Positions 11,163 to 24,349 of a stretch of 64,000 nucleotides of DNA are shown piece after piece. The notes under the pieces were generated by a model. It saw only the letters and a list, made by a program, of their open reading frames with translations, was not told where the DNA came from and did not search any database. Origin of the DNA: Callorhinchus milii (taxonomy: Eukaryota); the NCBI RefSeq assembly GCF_018977255.1, contig NW_024704742.1, forward strand, positions 30,010,001 to 30,074,000. Reading direction: 5' to 3'. The translations under genes and the position numbers were made by a program. Position 1 is the first letter of the stretch; the number at the start of each line of letters is the position of its first letter.

Positions 11163-14100
11163 TTAACACCTTCTAATACAGCTTGAATTGAGCTTTTAAT
11201 GACCACTGATTTTAATGGAATGTTTCCTACAGGGAAATGCATATGTACTGAAGCAGTGGACTCACACATTGCTGAAAGGAATTATACAATATAGCTACTC
11301 GGTAGAGTTTGGTTTTGCAGTGATACGTAAATACTAAAGAGTGTGGTTCCCTCAACTCAAAGCTGGAGGTCTGCAAGGCATGTTTTACATATTATAAAAC
11401 ACAGTGAAAGTTTTTAAAGTGCTCTTAGAGTGACAGTTCAGGATGACCCTCTGCAATTTAGGAATGTCCATTGGAATATTTGAGCATAATCCATAACCAC
11501 TGGTATTGTTTATAAATATAAATTTTGACAAGCATATTTTGTTGTTGTTCCCTTATACCTAGTTACATTTTTGCAGGGAATACTTCTTGAGGTTTTGGCG
11601 CCATACTCTTTTCTTTGTGCTATCTTCGTACGTAGGAGCTCTAGTAAAGAAAATATATATATTTCACTGACATTGCGTTGTAAAAGTTTCTCAAGAGGTC
11701 TGTTTTGCAATCCCTCTGTAAATTTTCAAACAGTAGTTTCAAAACTCAAGCAGTTTAATGTATATCAAATTCAAGCCGCCATCTATACCCCAATGTTTCT
11801 TTATGTGTTTGGCAGTGGATTTATGAGCAATAGCCTTCAACCATATTCTCAATTTTGAAAACAAAGTAGAATGGGATAGAGGGAACATAGATGGCCAAAC
11901 CTCCGGACCAGTTACTTACTCAGTCGCAGTACACACTATGATAGAATTACTGGCACACATAATTCATGGGACCATGACCCTCCAAATACTTTTATCTGCT
12001 TGCATGCCCATAAAATCATTGTCCATAAATTCTAAGGCTATCTATGTTTCTTTAAAGGACCATCCCAGTAACCATTTTGTAACCTGCATGTTTTTATGCA
12101 CAATAATAAAGATAATAATAATATTTGCATTTGATATAGGTGCCTTATCATGCTTTTGAGACACTTCAAAGAGTTTTGCAGAATATACTGTAAAGTGGAT
12201 TGACTGTGTATTTTATGGGCGAAACTTGGTAGCCAATTGTGCACAGTAGCGTTCCACAAACAGCCAGGGAGTGAGTGATCAATTTACCCAAGAGATTGTT
12301 GGCAAGTACTTTGAATTGCAGTGCACTGCTCTCAATCCCTTATAGAGCAAGGGGAAGTGAGGATCATTATTTCATCATGATATTCAACTGTTCAGATTAT
12401 GATTATTATTATTATGAACCGTGGGAAAGCCTGAAGTTACAAAGTTGGCACATGGGAACATTTTGGGAAAGCTGAAGGCAAGTCTTGTTCAGTGTTGGAG
12501 CAGTGAAATCACTCTTGAGGAAGCGCTACAGACTAACAGAACAGCAAGTAAAAAAGGAAGCGTTCTCAGAAGCCAGACTGAATTCATCGATAAAACAACC
12601 AGAAAGAATATGATCCCATGAACAAGGAAATAGTTAGATATTACACAAAAAGACATATTAAGGCAACTTTATATTGACAATTCAGAGGAACTGACTGGCA
12701 AAGGAATGACCTTGTTGAACAAACTATTCAAAGCCTGGAGGCTGGAGATGCTCGTTCTAAAAAATAACACTTACAGTAATTTGCCTGAGGAGGTTAGAAG
12801 AGATCAGAACACTTCTTTAAGAGCTGAGCTGCACCATTCATTTTTAGACAAGGGTTCTATACTCTCCACTAAAACTTAAGGTGGCTTTAGGAATCTGCTC
12901 CTGCAGGACCCTAGACTTAGTCTATAAAGCTGTGAGACATCTAGAGTACTTTGCATAAGTCATGTTAAATGTATGGCCCCAATTGATATGACTTATGTGT
13001 GGTTTACTGTATTTTAATGTAAAATAGCATTCTTGACCTGAGAGAGAAAAACTCAAACATGTAATGTCACTACCACCAAACTATCGTCAAAAAGGCAATT
13101 GGTTATAATAATTATAATTCTTGCATTTGATATGGTGCCTTTCATGTCAGGAGAACGTCTCAAAGTGCTTGCTGGATTTACTGTAAAGTGTAGTGACTGC
13201 TTGTATTGTCGATGAACAAGGCAGGCAACTTGTGCACAACAATATCAGTGCTGCTTGAACCAATGACCTCCTGATTCAAAGGCACTAACTGCGAATCAGC
13301 AGGTCATTGGTAACAGTGCTACTAACTGAGCTGGGCAGACACCACATTATCATTGGTATTGAAATATCACCATTGCCAACCAAGGCCAGTGGCAAGGATT
13401 CATGACTTTTGAGTGCAATTTAGTGATGTAATAATTATCACTGGTGATGTTGCATGTTGTGTTCTTGCTCCCCACTCTCTCCCTTCCACACCTACCCACA
13501 CTTCATTGTGATCAAGATACCTGACTGTTCAGTGCCCAGGGACATCCTCCCGACGTGAAAGGCGTTATACAATTTTAATATTATAAGAAATGACTGTTAA
13601 AGTTGATGTTAGTTTCTGAGACAACTGCACTATTGCTGCTGAATCCACAGTAGTGGTCATTGGATTATGAAGATAGAGCATTACCGCTACATTCATTCGG
13701 TCATTGGCTAAGTGGTTTGATCACTTGCCATTAATGAGTGTTTGGCCCAATCCCAAATTACAGTTACATACACTGAACTGAAGCCAACAGCAATCAATCT
13801 GACAAACAATTCGTCCGGGCATATACAATCAGATCCCATCCCACGATGTGGCATCTCAAGCACAAATAAAACTTCTGCTGCATAGTTTTGGTTGCCTTTG
13901 TACAAGTTTAATGAACATGAAATAGCTGTTCGGCACAATGAGACCTTGCTAATAGTCTCCTGAATCCAGTTGCACTGTCCATTAACAGCTCTTCTCTACC
14001 ACATTCCAAGCAGCATTTCATGCTGCCCTGCCCCCAGAAACCAAGACTTACTGATGAGCCAGACTGGCTGGTCAGTCATCACCAGCGTCCTGGAGTCCTG

Positions 14101-14529
14101 CAGACCCATCTGGCTGAGGAACCGGTCTAACAAGACCACCGCAGATACTTACATATCCCTTGATATTTGAGCTTTTATCCTATTGTGAGCAATTTACCTT
14201 TTCTGCCCCCAGGTGAAAGAATGAATACCTATTTTAAAAATAGTGAGCACTAGCGAGATGTAATTGTGCTCTCACATAATGTATGACATCGGTGAACAAC
14301 ACCAGCAGAATTTTTTAAAAAATATTCCATATTATGGCAATAATACTGGATGGGCGACTGTGGAGGGCAGGCAGCAATTCAGTCTCAGAGCTCAGATGAT
14401 TGATCACTTAAGTTTCATCGTGTTCACCAGTATGTGTCATCTGACCCTCTCAATTAGATTACTATCTTGTAATCCATCTCACTCCTCCAGTACCCCCTAT
14501 TTAATTGAACAATCACTATATCTTCCTGT

Positions 14530-14928
14530 TCCCTCCTACCTCTCCGACCTACTATCCCCCTACCTACCTGCCCGTACCCTCCGTTCCTCTGGCTCTGGTC
14601 TGCTCCACATCCCCCGCCCCAACCGCCCTACCATCGGTGACCGGGCCTTCAGCCTCTCAGCCCCGAGGCTCTGGAACTCTATCCCCCAGTGCCTTCGCCG
14701 CCTCCTCCCTTTCCTCCTTCAAGGCCGCTCTCAAGACCTTTCTCTTTGACCGTGCCTTCAGCTCCCCTCTCGACTCTCTTCCCCCTCCTCGCTCCCTCCC
14801 TTCCCTCCCCTCACCCTGACCATTTCCCCCCAATGCTCGGGTCCTGACCCAACTGTACAGCGCCTTGGGACGTCCTCCCGACGTGAAAGGCGCTCTATAA
14901 ATGGAATCTTGTTGTTGTTGTTGTTGTT
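14530..14928 (+). mobile_element. Young L2 3' fragment
   Basis: [29 protein letters not shown]...AFSLSAPRLWNSIP; near-identical to the 18653 copy. Confidence 0.92.
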
Positions 14929-16284
14929 CTCTTGCGCGACATCCAGCGTCGCTATTCTACAGTAGTCACAACCACACAGGGACAATGGATGTGTGGATAC
15001 CATATTTTTGCTCTTTGTTCTGTCACAAATGATAGAAAGGCAAAATACAACATGATATACATTTTTAACACTTTTTGGAATCACAAATGGGTCCAAATCA
15101 AATTTCATGCCGGTAAAAAATATAATAATACCTCACATTATATCACACACATTATGTATCAAAGTAATATTAAAATATGTAAAAATAATAATACTTAATG
15201 GATCTTATATTTCTAAATGAACTGACCAGAAAAAGATTAAATTGATCTGCAGAATAATATCTCAATTAGCTTCTGCAAATGGTTATGGATTAATAATTAA
15301 TCAGTACCAAGTAAAAAGCCTCATTTTTACCAAAGCTGTTAGTGCCATTGATATCTTAGGAGCACAATTGGCAGATTGCTTTTCCGGGGGTAATAATATC
15401 TTCAAACAAATAAAGTAATAATAATAATTTGGTCACTCAATCCATGACTGTTTGTGGGACACTGTTGTATATACAGTCAATTCACTTTGCAGGATATTCT
15501 GTGAAGCGGTTTGAGGCATCCCAAAGTTGTGATAAAGCATTATATCAAATACAAGGAATATTATTAAAATACTGAAGCCTACTTTTTACTGCCTTTAGAA
15601 TCATTATACAAATCCTATTCATAGCTACATCAAACTGTAACACAAAATAAATGTACATACATCACTTGTAACAAAGGAATCACAATAATAACATTTTACT
15701 TCCCTGAGTACTTCTAAATTGCTGCAGTGCATTCCTCACATTTCCACACTGTACCCCAAACCTGCAGTTCCATTCCTTTACCAAATGGTGTCCTACGTGA
15801 CTTGAACTCGAACACAATAAAACACTCACGCGTTTCCTGGTGAGCTGTGCTGATCACCTGGAAGCTTGTAGGGAGTTCATAGTACCTGCTGTACACCAAG
15901 TGAGTTGCTGGATGGCAAATGATCAATTATACTCCTGAGTTGGGGGGTGGGGCAGAGGGGAAGGAGAGGTAAGTGTGGTCTCCTTGGAATTGAGTTGGCT
16001 CCAAGGTGATGTTGGAATCACATCAACTGTCTGGCAGTCTTGGTAGTCCAGTTCCTGAGCCAACTGTGTTCCCAGTACTCCAGGGCATTGTTGATAATAG
16101 ACCAGCTAACCTGACTCATTGGTAGAAATGGAGTGGCAGACCAAACACTGGGAGTGGGTTTTTTTTTTCCATCTCAGCTCCTGTTAATCCTGCAAGTCAA
16201 ATCCCTAACAGTAAGTTGGTCCTAGCTGGACAAGTTGTACAATGCTCCTCTGCATGCTTAGGAGCTCAGAACCATGAGCTCAGA

Positions 16285-17090
16285 CAAATTTGTACAAGAT
16301 CTTGTTGAGACCACATTTGGAGTGCTGTGTCCAATTCTAGGGTCTAATTTAGGTTACTGCTATCAGGATAGACCGGATAGATTAGGCCTTTTTTCGTTAA
16401 GAGTAGACATTTACATTAGAATATACAGCACAGAAACAGGCCATTCGGCCCAACTGGTCAATGACGGTGTTTATGCTCCACATGAGCCTCTCTCTTCCTG
16501 CCATTCCTCAACTAAGTCTTTAAGCATAACCTTCTATTCCTTTCTCCCTCATGTACATATCTAGCTTTCCCTTAAATACATCTATACCATTTGCCTCAAC
16601 AACTCCTTGTGGTAGCATGTTCCACATGCCCACTACTCTCTGTGTAAAGAATTTTTTTTAACTTCCCTATTTGATCTACCTGTGACTATTTTATATTGAT
16701 GGCCCCTGGTTTTGGTCTCCCCCACAAGTGGAAACATCTTCCCTATGTCTACCCTATCAAAACCTTAAGAGGGGATCTAAAAGAGATTTTTAAAATTATA
16801 AATTGGTTACAGACACAAATATAAGATAGCAACTAGGGGATGTAAAAGATAATTTAGGAGGAACTGCTTCACACAGAGAGGTAGTGAAATTGTGGAACTC
16901 ACTGCTTGAAGCAGTAGTTGAATCAGAGTTTAGATGCATTCAAGAGGAAGCTAGACCTTCACATGAAGGAGAGAGGAATAGGAGGGTTTTAGAGGGAGTA
17001 AGGAATGAGTGAAGAATCTTGTGGGATATAAACACTGGCATAAAATGGTTGGGCTGAGTGGCCTGTTTCTGAGCTGTATATTCTTTGTAA
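16285..17090 (+). mobile_element. Old CR1 fragment with a nested inverted CR1 3' end (about 16408-16765)
   Basis: RPHLE.CVQF-like sequence, then a reverse GGGCCGAATGGCCTGTTTCTGTGCTG tail, then the forward RGDL..FKI continuation. Confidence 0.75.
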
Positions 17091-17913
17091 ATGAAGGAAA
17101 ACAGATCTTATATGCTCCGAATTTGACATCCATTGAAGAGAGATAAGTATGACCAGATAGCTCTACGCCCATTCTCAGTGCAGGAGATTGTCTATGACAC
17201 TGGGGATCTAAAGCAGGAATCAACAAAATGCTTTGGCATGTATTGGAAGCCAAATATCACTTATCAGGATTGAAAAATCGCTTATTCTGGTTCAAAAATA
17301 CAATCGTTTTTGATGTCATTGTCAAAAGTAAAAGCTCAATTTGTTACGTGTGTTTGCGCTGAATATTGCGATTCCGTTTGCTGCAGTTCCGACCGCTCGG
17401 CTGTCAAGTCTTGAACGGGTCCCAAAACAATTTGGGCCATTCAACCCACGACTCTTTGGGGAACACTGCTGCGCTCAATCGGCTGCCATGCTTCCCCCCC
17501 ACAAAATATACAGCCAATCCACGCTGCGGTATATTTCTGTGAAGCGCCTTGAGACGTCTCAATGACGCGATACGGTGCTGTACCAAACGCAAGCGTCGTA
17601 TCATTTTGTTTGCCGAGCGGGTCGGCTCAGAAAAGGCTCGACGGCATAGTAATCATTCCCAGCTTGCGGTACAGAGCGCGTATATTTTTTTTTCTGGGCG
17701 AACGGGGTCCTTGGGGCGGATTCGATCACAATCGTTGACCAGAGTACCGATCCCCATCTTTATCCCTAATTGCAGCACCAACGCGAGGAGCTGTGTGGCT
17801 GGTGCTGTGTGTGCATAACAAACTGCTCACACAGACTGCACCAGCCATGCACTGACTGCAGCTGACACCCCCCCACCTCCCACCAAGAGGGGGCGCACGC
17901 GCACAGCGCCTGT

Positions 17914-17954
17914 CACTCACTCACTCACTCACTCACTCACTCACTCACTCACTC
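17914..17954. repeat. (CACT)n microsatellite in the ELMOD2 promoter
   Basis: About 10 perfect units. Confidence 0.95.
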
Positions 17955-17989
17955 GGCCGCGCACGCGCCCTCCGCTCTCCCGGTCTGGG

Positions 17990-18178
17990 CGGCACTGCTG
18001 CGCAGACTCGGCGGCGGCGGCGGCGGCGGCTTCCGGTAGCGGTTGGCGGAGCAACGAGCGGCGCGCGCAGAGGGACGGCGGCGCGAGGCGCTCGCGAGAG
18101 CAACGGGTCGGGTCCCCCCGCGAGTCACGGGCGAGCAGCGGAGTTGATTTGAATCGTCGCGGTGGGTGTTGACAGAGG
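17990..18178 (+). other. ELMOD2: Probable non-coding exon 1 of ELMOD2 (start approximate)
   Basis: Lies in the CpG island and ends at a candidate donor GAGG|GTAACC. The ATG exon at 21821 has an acceptor 3 nt before the ATG, so an upstream exon is required. Confidence 0.5.
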
Positions 18179-18469
18179 GTAACCGTCGCCGTGTGCTGTT
18201 GGCGCGCGCGCGCGTGGTGTGTGTGTGTGTGTGTGTGCGTGAGATGGTTGGTCAGCGACACCTGAGTAACTGTCACTGTCAGTAACAGCCTTCGCTGTGC
18301 TGACTGAATGGCCGCCGTCACTGCGGGTGGGTGACCGACTGACTGACTGACTGTGCTGAATGGCCGCCGTCACTGCGGGTGGGTGACTGTCCGGCTGATG
18401 GTCCGTGTTTATGAGCTAATCTGTCGTGAGAAAACTCGCCTCCGAGTTAGAGGATTGTGAGTTGGAGCC

Positions 18470-19488
18470 CGACATTGAGACTTGCAATGATGACACAGTG
18501 TGAGCTGAGACCCCAGTGCGGTGTGGGGTGGGGGGTGTGGGGTGGGGGGGATGTGGCTTTGTCGGAGGTGCCATCCCCTCGGATGAGATGTCAATCCCAG
18601 GTCCTGTCTGTGCCTCTTCAGGTGGATGTTAACATTCCCGCGGCGTTATTCGCTCGCCTCCACTGGCTCCCCATCCCCCAGAGGATTGATTTCAAGATCC
18701 TCATCCTCACCTACAAGGCCATTCACGGCCTTGCTCCCTCCTACCTCTCTGACCTACTATCCCCCTACCTACCTGCCCGTACCCTCCGTTCCTCTGGCTC
18801 TGGTCTGCTCCACATCCCCCGCCCCAACCGCCCTACCAGCGGTGGTCGGGCCTTCAGCCTCTCAGCCCCCAGGCTCTGGAACTCCATCCCCCAGTGCCTT
18901 CGCCGCCTCCTCCCTTTCCTCCTTCAAGGCCGCTCTCAAAACCTTTCACTTTGACCGTGCCTTCAGCTCCCCTCTCGACTCTCTTCCCCCTCCTCGCTCC
19001 CTCCCTTCCCTCCCCTCACCCTGACCATTTCCCCCCTCCTCGCTCCCTCCCTTCCCTCCCCTCACCCTGACCATTTCCCCCTCCTCGCTCCCTCCCTTCC
19101 CTCCCCTCACCCTGACCATTTCCCCTCCTCGCTCCCTCCCTTCCCTCCCCTCACCCTGACCATTTCCCCAATGCTCGGGTCATGACCCAACTGCACAGCG
19201 CCTTGGGACGTCCTCCTGACGTGAAAGGCGCTCTATAAATGGAATCTTGTTGTTGTTGTTGTTATTCGAAAGGAGAAGGGCGTTTCTCCCCGGGTTCTGG
19301 CGAACATTCCCCCCTAATAAAGTTGGTCACTCGTCCCGTGGCTGTTTGGGGTACATTGCTGAGCGCGACCGGCTACTGCGTTTCGCCCACAAAATATACA
19401 GTCAATCCACTTTATGTTATACCATGTGAAGCACTTTCAGACTTTGATAAGTCGCTATATCAAATGCAGGGATAATTATTATTATTAA
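18470..19488 (+). mobile_element. DeuSINE interrupted by a young L2 (18653-19263)
   Basis: GTCGGAGGTGCC..CGGATGAGATGT..CTTCAGGTGGATGTTAA lies before the L2; AAAGGAGAAGGGCGTTTCTCCCCGGG and the tail lie after it. Confidence 0.8.
18653..19263 (+). mobile_element. Young L2 3' fragment with TSD GTTATTCG
   Basis: [30 protein letters not shown]...; TSD at 18645-18652 and 19261-19268. Confidence 0.93.
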
Positions 19489-19665
19489 CAATCTTCACTC
19501 TAAATCTACAAAGAAACCTTATAAACCTTCTGGGGACAAGACATTGTGTTTGCTTTGTTGCTATTAGCAATGTGGGATGGAGCTGAATCAGCTCGGGAGC
19601 CATCTGTGACCCACTGTCTTCAGTTATTTTCCCAATTAATCACTTCTCATAATGACAGGAATTGT

Positions 19666-19987
19666 AAATAATAATAATAATAACAATCCTTGCATTTGAT
19701 ATAGTGCTTTTCACGTCGGGAGGACGTCCCAAAGCGCTTCACAGAACACTGTAAAGTGAATTGACTATATTTGTGGGCGAACGCGGCAGCCAATTGCGCA
19801 CAGCAATGTCCCACAAACAGTCGTGGATTGAAAATGACCAATTTATTATTGTTTGGTTTTGGAGGGATTATTATTAGGCTCTGTGTGGAGTAAGGAAACT
19901 TGCCCAAGGTTTCGCCCTCTGCCTGGAATTGAACTCAGGTCTCTCACTTGCAAAGCGAGTGCTCTAACCACTGAGCTACAGGACTGC
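19666..19987 (-). mobile_element. tRNA-Ala-derived SINE, young short subfamily
   Basis: Near-identical to the copies at 34063 and 40441. Confidence 0.92.
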
Positions 19988-21823
19988 ACCTACACCTAAA
20001 ATAAATGGAAAACCATTTGGTGAATAATTGTTTGAAACAGTTTGCGCTAAAATTCGAGTGTTTGGGGACTATTTGTTGGAGTTGACAATGTGGAGCTTAA
20101 TTTACTTTAAGTGTCTTGTCATTTTTATTTTTATTCCATCCAGCCTTTTTATACCTCACGTATTAACTTTAAAATTTTGTATTATTTTTACTTTGACTAA
20201 GTTGTTCAAATGTTTCTATTTACTTTTAAGGTTCAACAAATGTCTTACTACATTGATTTTAATCTGTGTGATCAGATCATTTAAAGAAGTGAAAAAATGA
20301 ATAGTCAGGTCACTTCCAGGTTCAGACAACTGTGTCCCTTAAACCCCGAAAAATATGAAAAATTCCATCGACTGCTATGAACAAACTGGGTGACTGGACT
20401 CAACAAATTTTCAAAAGTAGCAAAAATGTCTCTCCATCCAGATTGTGGGGTTAATGGCACGTGGTTAGCAATTTCATTCTGAAATGCCACAAGCGCATGG
20501 CTGGCAGAACTGAGGAATAGAGAAGACCTGATGAGCAATACTATTGTTGGAAGCCAGGATTGAGTCAGTAGGAAATGTTTGGCTGACGTAGTGAAATGAG
20601 CAGAAAGAAACAGGAAACCTAGAGTGAAAACATCCATTTGGTGCAGGAGAGGATAAAGGTTGTGGAATGAAACTTTATGAGGCTATTATAAGACAGGCAC
20701 AACATTTTTTTTCATTTTTTTTGCTGAATCATTTACCTGTGGAATCACTTTAAAGACCGTAAACAAGAATTTGGAACAAGGTGGAAAATCATACACTATG
20801 CTATGAGTACCCGTAGTGTATAATAGCATAGTGTATAATTTTCCGATTTTCCAGCATTCCCCATCAACAATTTCTTCTTCTTTTCATTGGTACTTTCTAT
20901 TCTGAGTTACTGGAAGTAATGCAGTAACTTGTACTTCATTTACACTACAAGCCTACCCCTGATGTAACTGATGACATTTGTACTGGTCAATTCCAATCAC
21001 ACTGACAGAATTAAATTATCCTCTCCTTGGCTTTAAGAGTCCTGTGAGTTAGGGTCGCAGAACAACAGTGCCCACTTGGAGTAATAATCCCTTCAAAAAA
21101 ATAAAGAAATAATAATTTGGTCACTCAATCCACGACTGTTTGTGGGAAACTGCTGTGGGCAATTGGCTCCCGTGTTTCGCCCACAAATATGTAGTTAATT
21201 CAGTTTTCAGTATAATCTGTGAAGCGCTTTGAGACATTGAAGATGTGATAAGGGGCTATACCAAATGCAAGGATTATTATTATTATAGGTGAGATTTTTA
21301 GGGAAATAAAAATAACTCGGTGGTCCTCAGTCTGAGACACAGCATTAGGGCAGAGTGAGCTTCAAGCTACGTCTGAGAATGTAGCTTGCCCCTGGGCAGT
21401 AATTGGTAGGCCTTGAACAAACTGATTTCATATTACAAGCCCCAAAAAAGTAAAATTGTATGAATGGATGTCTATCTGAAGTTCAAACTTGTTCACTTCT
21501 CAGGATTGAATTCTCTTCACTGAGTGACTCCAAAAAAAATACAACTAATCTCTTCACTTCTCTTTCCCCCTCCCCAACAGAAAATAAATTAGGTCAAGTT
21601 CATGGTGGGGTATGTGACTAATTTTGAAGTGTAAAGCTATCAAGGTTTTTTTTATTTTACGTATAAGGCAATTTTAAAAAATCTATTCCTGGTTTGGCTC
21701 TCTGAATATTTACTCAGAATGGTTTTGAACATGGAAGACACAATTGCTATGCATATATTATATTGCAAGATTTAATAAGTTAATTTTTTTCACTTTTTTC
21801 CCCTCTGATTCTCTCACCAGAAA

Positions 21824-21968
21824 ATGATTGGTTTAATTTGGCATTACCTGTATAACTCTTTTCTAAGATCTTGGTTGAAATGGATTTTACGGAAGATAAC
21901 TGGAACATGTGAACTGCAGCGTATTTTAGCTGGCAGCTCTCAAGGAGCAGAGAAAACTATGAAGATAG
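21824..21968 (+). CDS. ELMOD2: ELMOD2 coding exon 1
   Basis: ctcaccag|AAAATG; MIGLIWHYLYNSFLRSWLKWILRKITGTCELQRILAGSSQGAEKTMKI matches ELMOD2 (WMKWLLRQMTGKCELQRI); donor G|GTATGT. Confidence 0.95.
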
Positions 21969-22394
21969 GTATGTATTAATGCAAGCCTTTCACATCCATT
22001 CATACAATTTTACTTTTTTGGGGGTTGTAACATGAAAGCAGTTTGTTCAAGGTCTACTAATTACTGCCCAGGGTCATGCTAATAGATGTTCTTTAGCATC
22101 TGAGCATCGCTGCAATCTGACAATGTTGTGATGTAGCTCTAGCTTATTGAGGTGGAGAGAGCAGTAGAAAGGTAATCGAAATCAGAGGTCTGTAAGCATT
22201 CTCGGGAGCCATGCACAAGTCAGTCAATTACCTATTTGTTCAGTCAATCTGAATGCCTGTTATTATATTTTTTATAAAATGTTAGTTTCTTTAAAAAATT
22301 CTGTTCTATGTTTAAAGAGAAGCCTGTTTATTGAGATATTATGTCAGGATGTTTGACAAAAATACTGAATTTAATAATTGTCTTTTTTTAATAG

Positions 22395-22423
22395 AATATT
22401 CGTTGGTATCCTCCAAGAGTGAC
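22395..22423 (+). CDS. ELMOD2: ELMOD2 coding exon 2 (29 nt)
   Basis: ttaatag|AATATTCG...GAC|gtaagt; (E)YSLVSSKSD; restores frame. Confidence 0.9.
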
Positions 22424-23878
22424 GTAAGTAAAGTTCAGCACTGTCTGTATGCACAAGCAGACATCACAAATTATTTTTCTTGATTACTAAGAAAGGATCA
22501 GTATCCAAAATCAAAACAATTGGAGTCACTGGACCTTATAATGTATATTAACAAGTTTTTTTGTATAATCTGGGTAAATCTTTGAAGTATTATTTTGTGA
22601 CAGTCCAGTATTTTCCCCCTTCCCCTTTTATTTTGATTTTATTTCAAAAGTTAAGTTCAAACCAAAATATCTAACGCATTTCAGGAAGTTTCACACAACA
22701 AATGTACCGTTTGTACTGTATTTAAAATCTACCTGGTTTGCAATGTAAGTAGTCCATAAGTTTTTCTTTGACAAAAGTAGCAGGTGGACGCCAAGCTGAC
22801 AGACCTTCAGAAGGTATGGAGACTGCCATCAATATTTGCCATCCTGATTTTGCCATTTGTTGATTATATTTGTGAAAGAGTCAGGTGGGGAGAAAAGGAG
22901 AGTTGATCCTTTGAAAGAACTGAACCCAACAAATTCTTAGATAATTAAACATTAAAATATTAAGTAATCATTGCATTATTTAATCATTTGAACAATGATA
23001 TAGGTCCTTATCATGTCATCGAGATATCTCAATGCATTTCACAGGAGTTTACTGTGAGGTCTAGTGACTTTGTTTTTTGCAGGTCATTGTACTAAAAAGA
23101 TTGAGCTTATTGAAATGCCACTTCAGTATTTACACGGGTAAAAATGAGGCAAATGATATTTTTAACACATTTAGACCAACACACTATAGGTTATCATTCC
23201 AGGTTAGGAATATAAACTGGAAGCATTTGCTAAAATGGCATGTCAAAGGGAATATTTATGTTTTGGTCTTCATAGATCCTATATCTTGCACTTGAGCTAA
23301 TAAATGTTTGCACAATTTTCTGATGACTTAATAATTTTTAAAAAATTAAAATAGTATCTTGTCGTTTTGAAATTGCTCATACTTTTTCTGTGAAGTGTAG
23401 TGATTCAATTTATAGATGATTGTGATAACAAATGTGCATAGAGCAATGTCCCGTAAATGAAGTTAATGACAAATTTTAAAATTATATTGGGGATTGCTGG
23501 CTAGGACACTGGGATAAATTCTGCTCTGGTTTGAATAGCACCTTGGGATCTTCACTGTCCACCTAAATAGGAAGATGGGACCTTGATTTAATGTCTCATC
23601 CAAACTTCGACAGTGCAGGGCCCCCAACACTGGATTAGAGTACCATTTTAGACTAGGTTCTCAACATCCAATTGTGAGTTAGCAGTGTTCGAAGAAGAAA
23701 AGATTCAAGAAAAAAATCTTAATTTCAAATTGATTTTCTAAAAGAAAACATAATGCAACTATTTTATCCAGTAACCATATTTTTTATCATTTTCCATTGG
23801 GCAACCAAAAATGCTGCTTATAGTGACTTTGTGTTGAACATTTTTTTTTCTAAACTGACTGCCTTTTTTCCCACCTAG

Positions 23879-23976
23879 GTTTTAAGAACTTCAGTGACTG
23901 TCAGTGAACGGGGGATGGCAACTCGGGTTTGTGACATAATGGGTGTCAAAAATATCACCCCCCAAAAAGATCCGAA
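23879..23976 (+). CDS. ELMOD2: ELMOD2 coding exon 3
   Basis: cctag|GTT; VLRTSVTVSERGMATRVCDIMGVKNITPQKDP (cf. DIMKEKNINPEKD); donor AA|gtaggt. Confidence 0.92.
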
Positions 23977-24147
23977 GTAGGTGTGCATAGCCTTCTCAAA
24001 TCAGATAATGTGAACCAATCTATTGAAAGTTGATTTACCGACCAATTGATAAGAAGCACCAAATAAGTTAAATGCAGATTTTGAATTTTCATTTTGTATA
24101 TTTTAGGATTTCAATTTCTTGAAAATAATTAAATTCTATATTTGTAG

Positions 24148-24277
24148 GTTTAAGTTATGTCTGCAGATCTGCTTGCTTCAAATCTCAGGCTATAACACAT
24201 TATACACTGACTCAGAAAACTTAAGAAAACAGTCATTTGATTCTGCTAATGTCAAGCATGAAGATATGCTGATGAAG
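24148..24277 (+). CDS. ELMOD2: ELMOD2 coding exon 4
   Basis: tgtag|G; FKLCLQICLLQISGYNTLYTDSENLRKQSFDSANVKHEDMLMK; donor gtatgt. Confidence 0.95.
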
Positions 24278-24349
24278 GTATGTTTTCCCTATTGATTTGG
24301 TATTTACCAGGACATCCTTTTAACTAAAGAGTATATTATTATACAAGTC

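Larger units (their letters stand above)
17340..18420 (+). promoter_or_regulatory. CpG island / ELMOD2 promoter
   Basis: Sharp rise in CpG density, (GGC)7 at 18010-18030, NRF1-like GCGCACGCGC at 17893 and 17959, ETS/GABP CTTCCGG at 18030-18036. Confidence 0.8.

Noticed and set aside
12420..12880. Purine-rich, coding-looking stretch with about 80 open codons (LDITQKDILRQLY...)
   Set aside because: No recognisable homology or splice context; may be a decayed TE or retrocopy. A BLASTx search would be needed.
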